Shown: positions 54,836 to 64,000 of the stretch, piece by piece
Position numbering within the stretch: position 1 is the stretch's first letter
How the letters are laid out: each line of letters opens with the position of its first letter
Source: an uncultured Actinomycetota bacterium
GTDB taxonomy: Bacteria > Actinomycetota > Actinomycetes > JAHEKZ01
Assembly: GCA_963829525.1 (NCBI GenBank)
Contig: CAWHIJ010000003.1
Location: 1,664,001-1,728,000 of the forward strand
DNA: 64,000 nucleotides
Direction of reading: 5' to 3'
Made by a program: the position numbers and the translations under genes
Notes under the pieces: generated by a model
Database searches by the model: none
What the model was told of the DNA's origin: nothing
What the model saw: only the letters and a program-made list of their open reading frames with translations

Positions 54836-55783
54836 GTGAAGGCGACGCGGTTCGGACGGCCGTTGCCCGCAGGGGGGACCATCGGGGTCTTCGCCCCCTC
54901 AGGTCCCTTCGAGAACCGTAGCGACGTGCTTCGTCCAATCGAGTGGTGGAAGTCGCGGGGCTACGACGTACGGTTGACCGACAGCGTCTGGGCACGTCAG
55001 GAGTACGTCGCTGGCCCGGCGCAAGGCAGAGTCGACGACCTGCATGCGCTGCTGGTCGATGATGAAGTGGCTGCGATCTTCTGTCTCTGGGGCGGCGTCG
55101 GGGCGATCGAGATGCTTCCGCTCATCGACTACAGCCTGGTTGCGGAGAATCCCAAGGCAATCATGGGGTTCAGCGACGTCACCAATCTGCACGCGGCGCT
55201 GTTGAAGCTGTCGGGACTCTGTACCTTTCACGGCCCGGGATTCGGTTCGTTTGGCGCGAGCGATCGAGAAGCGTTCACTCTCGACTCCGCGGTGGACGCC
55301 TTCACCAGGGGAGGCCTTGGCGAAGTGCCTCGGCGTCCTGACGACCAGTACATCCGCGCCATTGCTGGGGGACGGGTGTCGGCACCAATCATCGGCGGAA
55401 ACCTATACACGTTGAACCACTTAATCGGTACCCCGTATGAGGTCGACCTGTCGGGCGCCATCGTGATGCTCGAGGAGGTCGACCTCCGCGCCATCGACTT
55501 TGACGTGATGTTCTGGCAGATGCGTTTGGCTGGCATGTTCGAGAACGTGGCCGGCTTCGTGGTGAGCGACCTGCACGGCTGTGGCCAGCCAGACCCTGAG
55601 GTTGTCGCTGATCGATCCCTTGAGGACGTACTGGAGCAGCACTTGGGATCACTGGGCGTGCCGGTGATCTACGGCCTGCCCCTGGGGCACGGACCGCATC
55701 TGGCATCGATTCCGTTCGGGGTGATGGCCACCCTGGACGCCGACTCGCGCACCCTGACCATCGACGAGCCGGGCGTCCGCTGA
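54836..55783 (+). CDS. LD-carboxypeptidase (peptidase S66)
   Basis: APSG, GFSDVT (Ser), GGNL, LEEV (Glu), GHG (His). Confidence 0.9.
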   Translation: MKATRFGRPLPAGGTIGVFAPSGPFENRSDVLRPIEWWKSRGYDVRLTDSVWARQEYVAGPAQGRVDDLHALLVDDEVAAIFCLWGGVGAIEMLPLIDYSLVAENPKAIMGFSDVTNLHAALLKLSGLCTFHGPGFGSFGASDREAFTLDSAVDAFTRGGLGEVPRRPDDQYIRAIAGGRVSAPIIGGNLYTLNHLIGTPYEVDLSGAIVMLEEVDLRAIDFDVMFWQMRLAGMFENVAGFVVSDLHGCGQPDPEVVADRSLEDVLEQHLGSLGVPVIYGLPLGHGPHLASIPFGVMATLDADSRTLTIDEPGVR

Positions 55784-55842
55784 GTGCCGATTCAAGTGAG
55801 CAGCGATGTTGCGTTAGTGTTGGCAGGCCCTCTTGAGGGCAC

Positions 55843-55916
<74 letters not shown>

Positions 55917-55932
55917 CGGTGTTTGTGCACGT

Positions 55933-55970
55933 CAGAGCGGGTGCAGCCCTGCGGGGTCGCACCCGCTCTG
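55933..55970 (+). terminator. hairpin after tRNA-Pro
   Basis: CAGAGCGGGTGC...GCACCCGCTCTG. Confidence 0.7.
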
Positions 55971-56133
55971 TCGCGTCTCGAGCAGCGCACTAGCAACGCG
56001 GGGAGAGGCAGCCGTCTCACGCTGCCACTACGGTCACGCAATGGGTCAAATCAACCGGGGCAGACCAGCCCCGAAGATGTGGCAGCGTGAGCCTAGGCGC
56101 AAGCGCGAGAACACTCGAACAGACGGAGTCCTC

Positions 56134-57249
56134 TTGAACACCAACTTGACGACCAACGCCCGACACGCCCTTCCCTCCGACTACTACTACTCGGAGGAGC
56201 AGTACCAGGCGGAGAAGGAGATCATCTGGTTCGAGCAGTGGGTCTACGTCGGACGCGCCGAGACAGTGGCACTGCCGGGGCAGTTCCGCACGGTGGACAT
56301 CGCCGGCGAGAGCATCCTGGTCACCCGAAATGACGCCGGTGATCTTCGAGCGTTCTACAACGTGTGCAGTCACCGCGGCTCGCGGCTGTGCGAGGAGACA
56401 GCTGGCACGACCAAGGAGGTGTTCCAGTGCCCCTACCACGCCTGGTGCTACAACCTGAATGGTGACCTGGTCGTCACGCCGCGCGTCGCCGACGACGAGG
56501 TTGATCGGTCGGTCCTTGGGCTGAAACCGGTGCACGTTGACGAGTGGCAGGGGTTCATGTTCGTCAACCTCACCAGTGGATCACCAGTGCCATTGCGTGA
56601 GTCGATCGATCGTTCCAGCGTGGAGGCGTTGACGTTCGAACGACACAAGATGGACAAACTGGTTACGGTTCAGAGCACCGAGACCTTAGTGGCGGCCAAC
56701 TGGAAGATTCTCGTCGAGAACTACGCCGAGTGCCTGCACTGTCCCATCGTCCATCCAGAACTCGTTGAAATAGTTCCAACATTTCGTACCGGTAGTACCA
56801 GTGACAGCAACAGGGTCGATGGCGGCGTCCTGACTACGACTGGCGGTACCAGTTACTCCCCGGAGTCCAAGGGCCGCAACGCGATCCTTCCCGGCATGAC
56901 CGAGGAACAGGCACACTCGATCTTCGGAAGTCGTGTGTTCCCCAACATGTGGATCGACCTGGCTGGCAGCAACGTGGTGGTTGGTCGCCTCGTTCCCGAA
57001 GGCCCAACCCAGACGCGCGTTCTGATGGACTACCTGTTCTTGGTCGAGGACATCGCATCCGAGGACTTTGATCCTGAGCCAGTCGTCGAGTTTGTCGAAC
57101 TGGTGAATCGCCAGGACTACGCCGTATGCGAACGCGTACAACGCGGGGTCACCTCGCGTGGCTTCAAGCACGGCGTCTACCCAGCTCTCGACGAGTCGGT
57201 CCACGGCTTCAACGAGCACTACCGCAAGGTGATGGCGTCGGGCGCCTAG
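56134..57249 (+). CDS. Rieske non-heme iron oxygenase alpha subunit (quaternary amine demethylase-like group)
   Basis: NVCSHRG...CPYHAW Rieske motif; NWKILVENYAECLHCPIVHP; QD.AVCE.VQRG; TTG start after GGAG. Confidence 0.92.
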   Translation: MNTNLTTNARHALPSDYYYSEEQYQAEKEIIWFEQWVYVGRAETVALPGQFRTVDIAGESILVTRNDAGDLRAFYNVCSHRGSRLCEETAGTTKEVFQCPYHAWCYNLNGDLVVTPRVADDEVDRSVLGLKPVHVDEWQGFMFVNLTSGSPVPLRESIDRSSVEALTFERHKMDKLVTVQSTETLVAANWKILVENYAECLHCPIVHPELVEIVPTFRTGSTSDSNRVDGGVLTTTGGTSYSPESKGRNAILPGMTEEQAHSIFGSRVFPNMWIDLAGSNVVVGRLVPEGPTQTRVLMDYLFLVEDIASEDFDPEPVVEFVELVNRQDYAVCERVQRGVTSRGFKHGVYPALDESVHGFNEHYRKVMASGA

Positions 57250-57464
57250 CCGTCCTCGATGAATCCGGTTCTGAGTTCAAGAAGCACTCGGGGCATGCGG
57301 CTGCGACGTCCAAACCCCAGTTGGTGCTGGCTCAGCGACTCGAGCTGCCGCCGCGAGTCGCTGAGCCCTCGGAGTCTCACAGGATTCTCACGAACCGGTC
57401 CAGGCGGCGAGCTTGGAAACCGTCCCGACCGCGTTAGCCGTTCCAGGCCGAGCCGAGAGTCCGG

Positions 57465-57716
57465 TCAGTAAATGGCAATGTTGAAGTTGCCGTTGGCCTC
57501 GGTCGTCGTCCCAGGCTGGTAGACGCGGATCTGGATCTGCGACTCGGACGGGCACGGAGCAGCGTCACCCCAGTTGCCCCCGAGGCCGTACACCTCGATG
57601 TCGTGGTGGGAGCCATCCGGCTCGTAGGTGCTGCGCTTCAGCGGCAAACTCTGCTCGGGAGATATCATCAGGTTGATTCTGGAGGGATAACGATCGAAGG
57701 CCAGTAACGGTGCCAA
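57465..57716 (-). pseudogene. probable C-terminal remnant of a secreted/surface protein
   Basis: GC-rich coding-like 3' part ending IRVYQPGTTTEANGNFNIAIY; the 5' part looks non-coding. Confidence 0.35.
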
Positions 57717-57833
57717 TGAGTGCGCAGTTGCATCCGGACACGACCAGATGAGGCGTGTCGTTTGTGGACGATCTCCGTACGGGGCATAACATCTCCATCA
57801 GGCTGGATGCAGCTGCACTTCGTACCCCCTCCC

Positions 57834-57883
57834 GGGGTCAAGGGGTCGCAGGTTCAAATCCTGTCGTCCAGACGATGTTTGTG
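57834..57883 (+). repeat. att-like direct repeat of the tRNA-Pro 3' half plus trailer
   Basis: 48/50 identical to 55878-55927. Confidence 0.92.
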
Positions 57884-58046
57884 GAGGTCAGGCTTGGCGC
57901 GGGAGGCTCGGGAACGTGGCGACAGGTTCTTCGAGATTCAACTGGAGATTCCAGAGTCAGCGGGGGACGTACGTTTCGGCGAAGCAGACCCCGCTATCGA
58001 CCGTGTCGTTGAATGGTTAATTGACAGGGCAAGAAATAGCAAACCG

Positions 58047-58802
58047 ATGAAGAGCGCTGCAGTCCTAGCTGTCGTTGTTCTTGCTCTTGCCGCGACCCCA
58101 AACGTTCAAGCAGCCACTGCTTGTCTTGAGCCACTTGCTCATCGGGGAGTTCATACCGGCGATGTGGACGAGAACAGCATCACGTCAATCACTCGTATGA
58201 AGAATAAGGGTGCAGCCGAGGTAGATGTTCACATCACCAAGGATGGTTACCCGATCCTGATGCATGATGCCGCAGTCAACCGAACAACTACCGGCAGCGG
58301 ATTAGTGCATGACCTTACTTTGGATCAAATCAAACAACTAGAACTTGAGAAGTCAGGTGAGCAGGTACCCACCTTCCGCGAAGCAGTGAATGCTGCCGAA
58401 CTAGCCAACGTTCGTCTAGTTGTGGACTTGAAGCAGTACCCACAGTGGACACCTGAATTGTTCAGCCGCGTGGGCCAGACTGCAGCCAATGCGGATGTAA
58501 GAGTCTACTTAGGAGGTGTGGGAAAGTTCGCTACCACTGTTCCGACTTACACAACATGGGTGTACTGGCGACCACAAGGAATCCCACCGACACCAATCAA
58601 TGCAGCCGAGTATGGAGCTGACCTGATCCTGGCACGTACTGCGGAATGGACAAGAGATTCTGTCACTGCTGCTGAAGCCGCTGGGTACGTTACTGGAACC
58701 AGATTGACTAACGGTATAGGACCATCGGTCGATCTGGGTGTCGGATACATGCTGACCAATCGTCCACGCAAGGTGATTACGTATTGTCGGTCATTGACAT
58801 GA
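58047..58802 (+). CDS. secreted glycerophosphodiester phosphodiesterase family protein
   Basis: Signal peptide, AHRG, ENS, EVDVHITKDG.PILMHD..VNRTT, VPTFRE, VDLK, LTNRP; visibly lower GC. Confidence 0.88.
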   Translation: MKSAAVLAVVVLALAATPNVQAATACLEPLAHRGVHTGDVDENSITSITRMKNKGAAEVDVHITKDGYPILMHDAAVNRTTTGSGLVHDLTLDQIKQLELEKSGEQVPTFREAVNAAELANVRLVVDLKQYPQWTPELFSRVGQTAANADVRVYLGGVGKFATTVPTYTTWVYWRPQGIPPTPINAAEYGADLILARTAEWTRDSVTAAEAAGYVTGTRLTNGIGPSVDLGVGYMLTNRPRKVITYCRSLT

Positions 58803-58812
58803 ACACTGAATC

Positions 58813-58968
58813 ATGAATGCCAGGAACACTGACGTCCACACACGGGCGTTCGACTGCTCCTCAGACCTTGAGCTCGACGAGCGCGAAACGATCGTTCTGC
58901 GTCGCGAGCCCGACGGTCGCTGGCTGGGAATCCACGAGCACCTCAGCCCGAGACCGAGCACATCATGA
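58813..58968 (+). pseudogene. C-terminal remnant of an NTF2/SnoaL-like protein
   Basis: [30 protein letters not shown]-coupled to the agmatinase gene. Confidence 0.6.
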
Positions 58969-59975
58969 GCGCGGCGGAGCCTGTGCCAGCTGCAGCATCG
59001 GGGGAGGCATCGGGAGAGGGGCCGGTCGGGCCGCCGGATGCCAGGGTCGTACCGCGGTTCGCCGGTCCCGACACGTTCGCCCGGCTGCCTCGCCTGTCCG
59101 ACGTTGAGCGGGCCTCTGTTGCGGTTCTGGGCGTACCGTTCGACTCCGGTGTCTCCTACAGACCTGGCGCCCGGTTCGGGCCCGCCGGCATCCGCGCCGG
59201 GTCGAAGTTGCTGCGTCCGTACCACCCCTTCCTGAACGTTGAGCCGTGGACGGTGCACCAGGTCGCCGACGCTGGCGACGTCGCGGCGAACCCGTTCGAC
59301 ATCCGCGAGGCGGTGGGCCAGGTTGAACGAGCAGCCGGTGAGCTGCTGACCATGGCCGACCACCTGGTTGTCATCGGCGGTGACCACACGATCGCACTGC
59401 CGCTGCTTCGGGCGACAGCCGCGCGTCACGGCCCAGTCTCACTGGTGCATTTCGACGCGCACCTGGACACCTGGGACACCTACTTCGCGATGCCCTACAC
59501 CCACGGAACGCCGTTTCGTCGTGCCGTCGAGGAGGGGCTGCTCGAGCTCGGCACCTCAGCCCATGTCGGTACCCGTGGACCGCTCTACTCCACCGGCGAC
59601 CTCGAGCAGGACCGCGACCTTGGGTTCGCCACCGTCAGCACAATCGATATCGCGCGGCAAGGCGTCGATGCGGCGATCGACCGGGTGCTCGACCGCGTTG
59701 GGAATCGACCGGTATATGTGTCGATCGACATCGATGTCCTCGACCCGGCACATGCGCCCGGCACTGGGACGCCAGAGCCCGGTGGCATGACAACTCGCGA
59801 GCTGCAGATGATTCTTCGCGGTCTGGTTGGGGTCAACCTCGTGGGGGCAGACGTCGTCGAGGTCGCACCTGCGTACGACCATGCAGAACTCACCACTGTC
59901 GCGGCAGCCAACGTGGCCTACGAGCTGCTCGGCCTTTTCGCCCGCCAGTCCCAGCGAACTGAACTTAGGCGGTAA
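58965..59975 (+). CDS. speB: agmatinase (ureohydrolase family)
   Basis: [41 protein letters not shown]. Confidence 0.9.
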   Translation: MSAAEPVPAAASGEASGEGPVGPPDARVVPRFAGPDTFARLPRLSDVERASVAVLGVPFDSGVSYRPGARFGPAGIRAGSKLLRPYHPFLNVEPWTVHQVADAGDVAANPFDIREAVGQVERAAGELLTMADHLVVIGGDHTIALPLLRATAARHGPVSLVHFDAHLDTWDTYFAMPYTHGTPFRRAVEEGLLELGTSAHVGTRGPLYSTGDLEQDRDLGFATVSTIDIARQGVDAAIDRVLDRVGNRPVYVSIDIDVLDPAHAPGTGTPEPGGMTTRELQMILRGLVGVNLVGADVVEVAPAYDHAELTTVAAANVAYELLGLFARQSQRTELRR

Positions 59976-60213
59976 CGGTGATCTCGTGTACCTCGTCCGC
60001 CGGGTGCCCGGCGCGCTCGTGGATCTTGCGCACCGCGTCGGCATTGGGGGCTTCACTTAGGCAAAACACGTGTCCACTTTTTGGGTCCGCCCATGCATGG
60101 GTGAAGTTGACGCCCTCTTCGTCCTGGATGTCGAGGTCGGCCTGATGAGCTGCCATCAGTTGGTCGTGAGTCACGCCTGCCATGCTGGTGTGAACGTCCA
60201 TGAACTGGGCCAC
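59965..60213 (-). CDS. SCO4226-family nickel-binding protein (DUF4242)
   Basis: FMDVH..., [46 protein letters not shown]. Confidence 0.85.
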   Translation of the reverse strand: MAQFMDVHTSMAGVTHDQLMAAHQADLDIQDEEGVNFTHAWADPKSGHVFCLSEAPNADAVRKIHERAGHPADEVHEITVTA

Positions 60214-60268
60214 GAGAGCTCCCGGAGGTAGGTGCCCGACGATGTCAGGCGGTAGGTGCTCACTTTCC

Positions 60269-61630
60269 TCAGGAATCAGCCCCACGTCTAGGCGATGCCG
60301 ACCAGAACATCAGTGCGTAGCCTGCGGCCAATATCAATGCTGATGTCAACGCTGCCATAGGCACGACTACGAGCGTGGCCGTTCGAAGGGACAGAACTCC
60401 GGCAAAGCCGGCTACGGAGAAGCCCAGGATGCCCAAGAGGGCGAGCGCTGCGCCGAGGGCAACGGCGGCATCACGATGCTTACGGCGCAACGCGACCTCC
60501 GGTATGTGCCACGGGCGTGGGCGCTCGAATCGGCGCAACAGCATGACGACACCGAGCAGAACGGTCGCCATGAGGACGAGCAGAGGTAGCCGAAGCAGCC
60601 ACCACGCTGTCGAACCAATTGGCGGGAAGAGCGGGGCACCTACCAGAACAAGGGCTCCGGTGACCGAGACGATCACGGTGAAGTGCCAGAGGAAGCTGGT
60701 CATGGGTACCCCGTTGGCCGCGATCGTTGCTCGCCAGATCGACGAGTGACCGAGGAGGGCCTGTGTGGGGGAGCGGAGGAGGAGCGCAAGTCCCATCAAC
60801 CAAAACGACAGGGAGAGCAGCGCGACAGATGGCGGTGTCATGTTGGAGACGGACTCTCCCGGAAGTGTCACCATCGAAACGGGGTAGGGGCCCCACACGA
60901 CAAGAAGCATCGTCAGCAACAGACTGCCGAGAGCCGCGCCCGCAACAACTCGACGGTTGCCGAGAGCTGGAATCCGGTCCGCGTAGAAGAATCCGCACTG
61001 GTGCACGGCCAGCCAGACAAATGCAAAGTTGAGGTAACCAATGATGGCCGGAGCATCCATACCGAACCTGAGCACATCAACAGTGACGGTCCCGATTACG
61101 AGGAGTGCCAGTACACGCCACCCCCATCGGCGGTGCAGCATGTACATCGGCGGTGCGAGGGCGACAACGGCCAGGTATATGCCGATGAACCACAAAGGCT
61201 GAGCAATTACGCGCAGCACCATGACGGCGGTCTGGTTCAGATGACCGCTTGCCTCGACGACGACGCCAATTGCCAGACCAGTCACGATGAAGACCAGGGT
61301 CGGCCGGAGCAAACGCTCAGCCCGAGAGAACATGAAATCCGCGTAGGTGCCACCCCGACGCTGGTAGGACGTCCATGCGACAGCGTTCGAGAAACCGCCA
61401 ACAGCGAAGAAGACGGGCATGACCTGAAGAACCCACGTGAGCCACTGGGCCCAGGTGATGACAGTGAGAGTGTTGGTGACCTCAACCGCACCGTCGGCCG
61501 TGACCTCCACACCGACCATGAAGAAGTGCGCGATCATCACGACGCCGAGCGCAACAACCCGGAGCAGATCGACGTACCGGTCTCGATCGACCGGCGTTGC
61601 GGCCGCTAGGTGGCGGCTCGAATAGGTCAT
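60269..61630 (-). CDS. acyltransferase family 3 membrane protein
   Basis: RDRYVDLLR, WLTWVLQVMP.FF.VGG, PLWF..IY, SNMTPP, FLWH. Confidence 0.88.
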   Translation of the reverse strand: MTYSSRHLAAATPVDRDRYVDLLRVVALGVVMIAHFFMVGVEVTADGAVEVTNTLTVITWAQWLTWVLQVMPVFFAVGGFSNAVAWTSYQRRGGTYADFMFSRAERLLRPTLVFIVTGLAIGVVVEASGHLNQTAVMVLRVIAQPLWFIGIYLAVVALAPPMYMLHRRWGWRVLALLVIGTVTVDVLRFGMDAPAIIGYLNFAFVWLAVHQCGFFYADRIPALGNRRVVAGAALGSLLLTMLLVVWGPYPVSMVTLPGESVSNMTPPSVALLSLSFWLMGLALLLRSPTQALLGHSSIWRATIAANGVPMTSFLWHFTVIVSVTGALVLVGAPLFPPIGSTAWWLLRLPLLVLMATVLLGVVMLLRRFERPRPWHIPEVALRRKHRDAAVALGAALALLGILGFSVAGFAGVLSLRTATLVVVPMAALTSALILAAGYALMFWSASPRRGADS

Positions 61631-61753
61631 ACACACCCCCGACCGAGTCTGCAGCATGGTGAGCGCGAGCGCTCCTAAACGGGTGGGAAGAACGACAGGG
61701 GGACAGAGAACGTTGAACCGGGCTTCTGGGCCCGCCAGGCGGGGCCGACTGGA

Positions 61754-62446
61754 TCAGGGGTGATGAGCAAACCCGGTCTCGGTGTGGCTCCCGTCGCAGA
61801 GCGGTTTGTTCTTGGACGCCCCGCAGCGACACAGCGTCACACGGTTCCGGGACTCCAGCGACACTCGGTCGGAGCGCTCTACTGCGACAGATCCCGTCAC
61901 CCATAGGGGGCCGTCCGGCACCAGTACCACTTCGGCGGGCAACGCTGGCTCTATGTCTGCGCCGTCTGCACTGACCGAGATCGCCCCAGACGGACAGTGT
62001 TGGGCCATCGCGACGAGCTGCGTTGTTCCTGGGGTGTCGAGATCGTCGCGGGCGGCCAGCTTCCACGCGTTGGTGACCTTGTTCGCACAGAATCCCGTGT
62101 GAACGCACAAACCACGGTCATCCTGAAGGGTGACTTCGCCTTCGCCGTAGGACGTCGCACGCGCGGAGCGTAGGCCCGGCTCGGCTGCGTCCTCCGCGAC
62201 GAACCCCACTCTCCGGTGGCTTCCGTCGCAAAAAGGCTTGTTGGCCGAGTGGCCGCAACGACACAGCCAGTACTCACTGTCAGACTCGGCGATGACGCCA
62301 CGCTCACGCCATGCGATCGGCTCGCCTTCGGGCGTCTCCACCACCTCGCGCCAGACAATTCGCCGAATGCCGGTGACATGGTAAGGCCCATTTGGCGTGG
62401 CGGTGACCTTCGGTGGGGGAGGAGTTACATCACCGGCTTCTTCCAT
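61754..62446 (-). CDS. tandem CDGSH iron-sulfur protein with central divergent ferredoxin domain
   Basis: Two LCRCG.S.NKP.CDGSH motifs flanking C.H.G.C...CPSGA. Confidence 0.9.
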   Translation of the reverse strand: MEEAGDVTPPPPKVTATPNGPYHVTGIRRIVWREVVETPEGEPIAWRERGVIAESDSEYWLCRCGHSANKPFCDGSHRRVGFVAEDAAEPGLRSARATSYGEGEVTLQDDRGLCVHTGFCANKVTNAWKLAARDDLDTPGTTQLVAMAQHCPSGAISVSADGADIEPALPAEVVLVPDGPLWVTGSVAVERSDRVSLESRNRVTLCRCGASKNKPLCDGSHTETGFAHHP

Positions 62447-62555
62447 GAGGTGAACGTACCGGCGCCCGGGCACGTCGGCACGCGCAAGGACGTGCTCAGC
62501 CCAGGTTAGGCTCGGCGATGAATGTGGGGCGACTCAGAAGGTGGGGAGGTGCGGC

Positions 62556-63155
62556 ATGACGGAGAGCGCTCCGGAAGAGGTCTCCGGCGAGGTCTTCACG
62601 ATCCCGAACATCCTGTCCTTTCTCCGCTTGCTGCTGATTCCCGTATTCATGTGGATAGCGCTCGGCCCAGAAGACGACACGCTGGCCTTCGGGATACTGG
62701 CGCTCAGCGCTCTGACCGACTGGCTTGACGGGGTCATTGCCCGTCGATTCAAGATGGTGTCGCGAGTCGGCCAATTGCTCGACCCCATTGCAGACCGACT
62801 CTTCGTCGCCAGCACCATCATCGTGCTGGCGCTGCGTGAGATCGTCCCGTGGTGGTTGGTCCTGGTGCTCCTGACGCGCGATGTGGTCATGTTCTTCGTT
62901 CAGCTCTACGTACACCGCCGGGGCATCGAACCGCTACCGGTTCACTATGTCGGCAAGGCTGCTACTGCGTGCCTGTTGTACGGGATGCCCACGCTGTTCC
63001 TCACGACGGGCGACGGTCTCGTCGCCAATATATCGACTCCGATCGCCTGGGCTTTTGTCATTTGGGGAACGTGCATCTACTGGTGGTCGGTGGTCCTCTA
63101 TGTGGAACAGGCATCGGCGGTCATCCAGGGTCGCCGTCTGGAGCTAAGCGCGTGA
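62556..63155 (+). CDS. CDP-alcohol phosphatidyltransferase (PgsA2-like)
   Basis: TIPNILSFLR, DWLDGVIAR....VSRVG.LLDPIADR. Confidence 0.92.
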   Translation: MTESAPEEVSGEVFTIPNILSFLRLLLIPVFMWIALGPEDDTLAFGILALSALTDWLDGVIARRFKMVSRVGQLLDPIADRLFVASTIIVLALREIVPWWLVLVLLTRDVVMFFVQLYVHRRGIEPLPVHYVGKAATACLLYGMPTLFLTTGDGLVANISTPIAWAFVIWGTCIYWWSVVLYVEQASAVIQGRRLELSA

Positions 63156-63985
63156 CCTCAGGCACGACCACCCCTGCCGACGCGTCGCTGTCTCTGCTGC
63201 GACGGCTCGTCGACGACGCGATGGACCCCGGCTACCAGGAAGCAACTGACCGGGGCGATCGGCGCGGCACTGACTGGCGTCACTCGGTTTCCTTCGGCAT
63301 CGCGATCGCGGTGACGGCGGCGCTTGCCGTTGCCGCCGTTCTGCAGGTCCGGGCTGGGGCACCCGATGAGGGGCGCACCCGGGCCGAACTCACCGAACGC
63401 GTGCTGGACACGGCTTCTTCGGTCGAGGAAATCGACACCACGCTGGGTGGTCTCAACAACGAAGTGAGCATGCTGCGTCGGGAGGCACTAGACGGCTCGG
63501 GCCCTGACCGTGCGCTTGCCGACGAGGTCGCCGCCCTAGAGGCCGAAGTCGGCGTCACCGCTGTAGAAGGGTCGGGACTGGAGGTCGTCTTAGCCGATGG
63601 TCCACCGGCACCGGTCGATGAGGGCGGCCCTGACCTCGCCCGAGTCCTCGATACCGACATCCAGCTTGTCGTAAACGGGCTCTTTGCCGCTGGCGCCGAC
63701 GCAGTTGCGGTTAATGGACAACGGATGACAGCCCTGTCACCAATCCGATCAGCTGGCCAGGCCGTTCTCGTTGGTTTCCGTCCGCTGACTCCTCCCTACA
63801 GGGTCACCGCGGTCGGACCAGGTGACCTGGCTGGAGAGTTCGAATCTGGGCAAGCTGGGTCTGAGCTCGACCAGCTCGAGGTGGCCTACGGAATCCGGGT
63901 CGACGTGCTCCCGGAGGAGAACTTGAGCATTCCCGGCAGTGGTGATCTTCTGCTGAGGTACGTGACTGAGGGGAAAGGCCCATGA
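63152..63985 (+). CDS. DUF881 domain protein
   Basis: DPGY, TM, coiled coil, V.G.GL.V.L.D, D.DIQLVVNGLFAAGA.AVAVNGQR, PPY. Confidence 0.9.
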   Translation: MTSGTTTPADASLSLLRRLVDDAMDPGYQEATDRGDRRGTDWRHSVSFGIAIAVTAALAVAAVLQVRAGAPDEGRTRAELTERVLDTASSVEEIDTTLGGLNNEVSMLRREALDGSGPDRALADEVAALEAEVGVTAVEGSGLEVVLADGPPAPVDEGGPDLARVLDTDIQLVVNGLFAAGADAVAVNGQRMTALSPIRSAGQAVLVGFRPLTPPYRVTAVGPGDLAGEFESGQAGSELDQLEVAYGIRVDVLPEENLSIPGSGDLLLRYVTEGKGP

Positions 63986-64000
63986 TCGCTCTGCTGGCAC
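63982..64000 (+). CDS. start of small basic protein (DUF1290), cut by window edge
   Basis: ATGA overlap, MIALLA; usual gene order after DUF881. Confidence 0.55.

Noticed and set aside
53535-54995. 486-aa minus-strand ORF and similar long antisense ORFs (30993-32243, 31961-33073, 14056-15054)
   Set aside because: Shadow ORFs opposite well-supported genes, expected at high GC; no recognisable motifs
57834-57873. Second tRNA-Pro gene
   Set aside because: Only the 3' half is present and the acceptor stem is mutated; treated as an att-like repeat
57720-58046. N-terminal extension of the 360-aa ORF as part of the GDPD
   Set aside because: It reads through the tRNA fragment; the signal peptide points to ATG 58047 as the start

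Overview
High-GC Actinomycetes chromosome segment, mostly core genome. In order: ribH(3')-hisE-hisG; a truncated sirtuin; SseB; aquaporin; DUF1844; infC-rpmI-rplT-trmH; a DUF222/HNH gene; an orphan PAS histidine kinase; pheST; argCJBRGH (no argD/argF); mpg; tyrS; one complete rrn operon (16S-23S-5S, no spacer tRNA); TauE; ssb-like; tlyA-ppnK-recN; steA-steB followed by a four-gene putative glycan synthesis/export module; pyrG-NUDIX-ald; xerD-parA-like-RHH-scpAB-rluB; aroH-tyrA-cmk-der; LD-carboxypeptidase; tRNA-Pro(GGG). Next comes a small accessory zone (att-like 50-bp repeat, orphan Rieske oxygenase, low-GC GDPD, gene remnants, agmatinase, Ni-binding protein, acyltransferase, CDGSH protein), then pgsA2-DUF881-sbp. 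Best leads: (1) a cluster of CGACWTGTCG / TTRTCGACA motifs downstream of the ParA-like/RHH/scpAB operon, with one copy also in the parA upstream region; (2) the SteAB-linked MraY-like/MurJ/GT4/degenerate-AlkP module; (3) the integrase-less tRNA-Pro islet; (4) repeated short tandem duplications at gene boundaries. No CRISPR array or intact transposase was seen. All calls come from reading motifs by eye; no database search was run.
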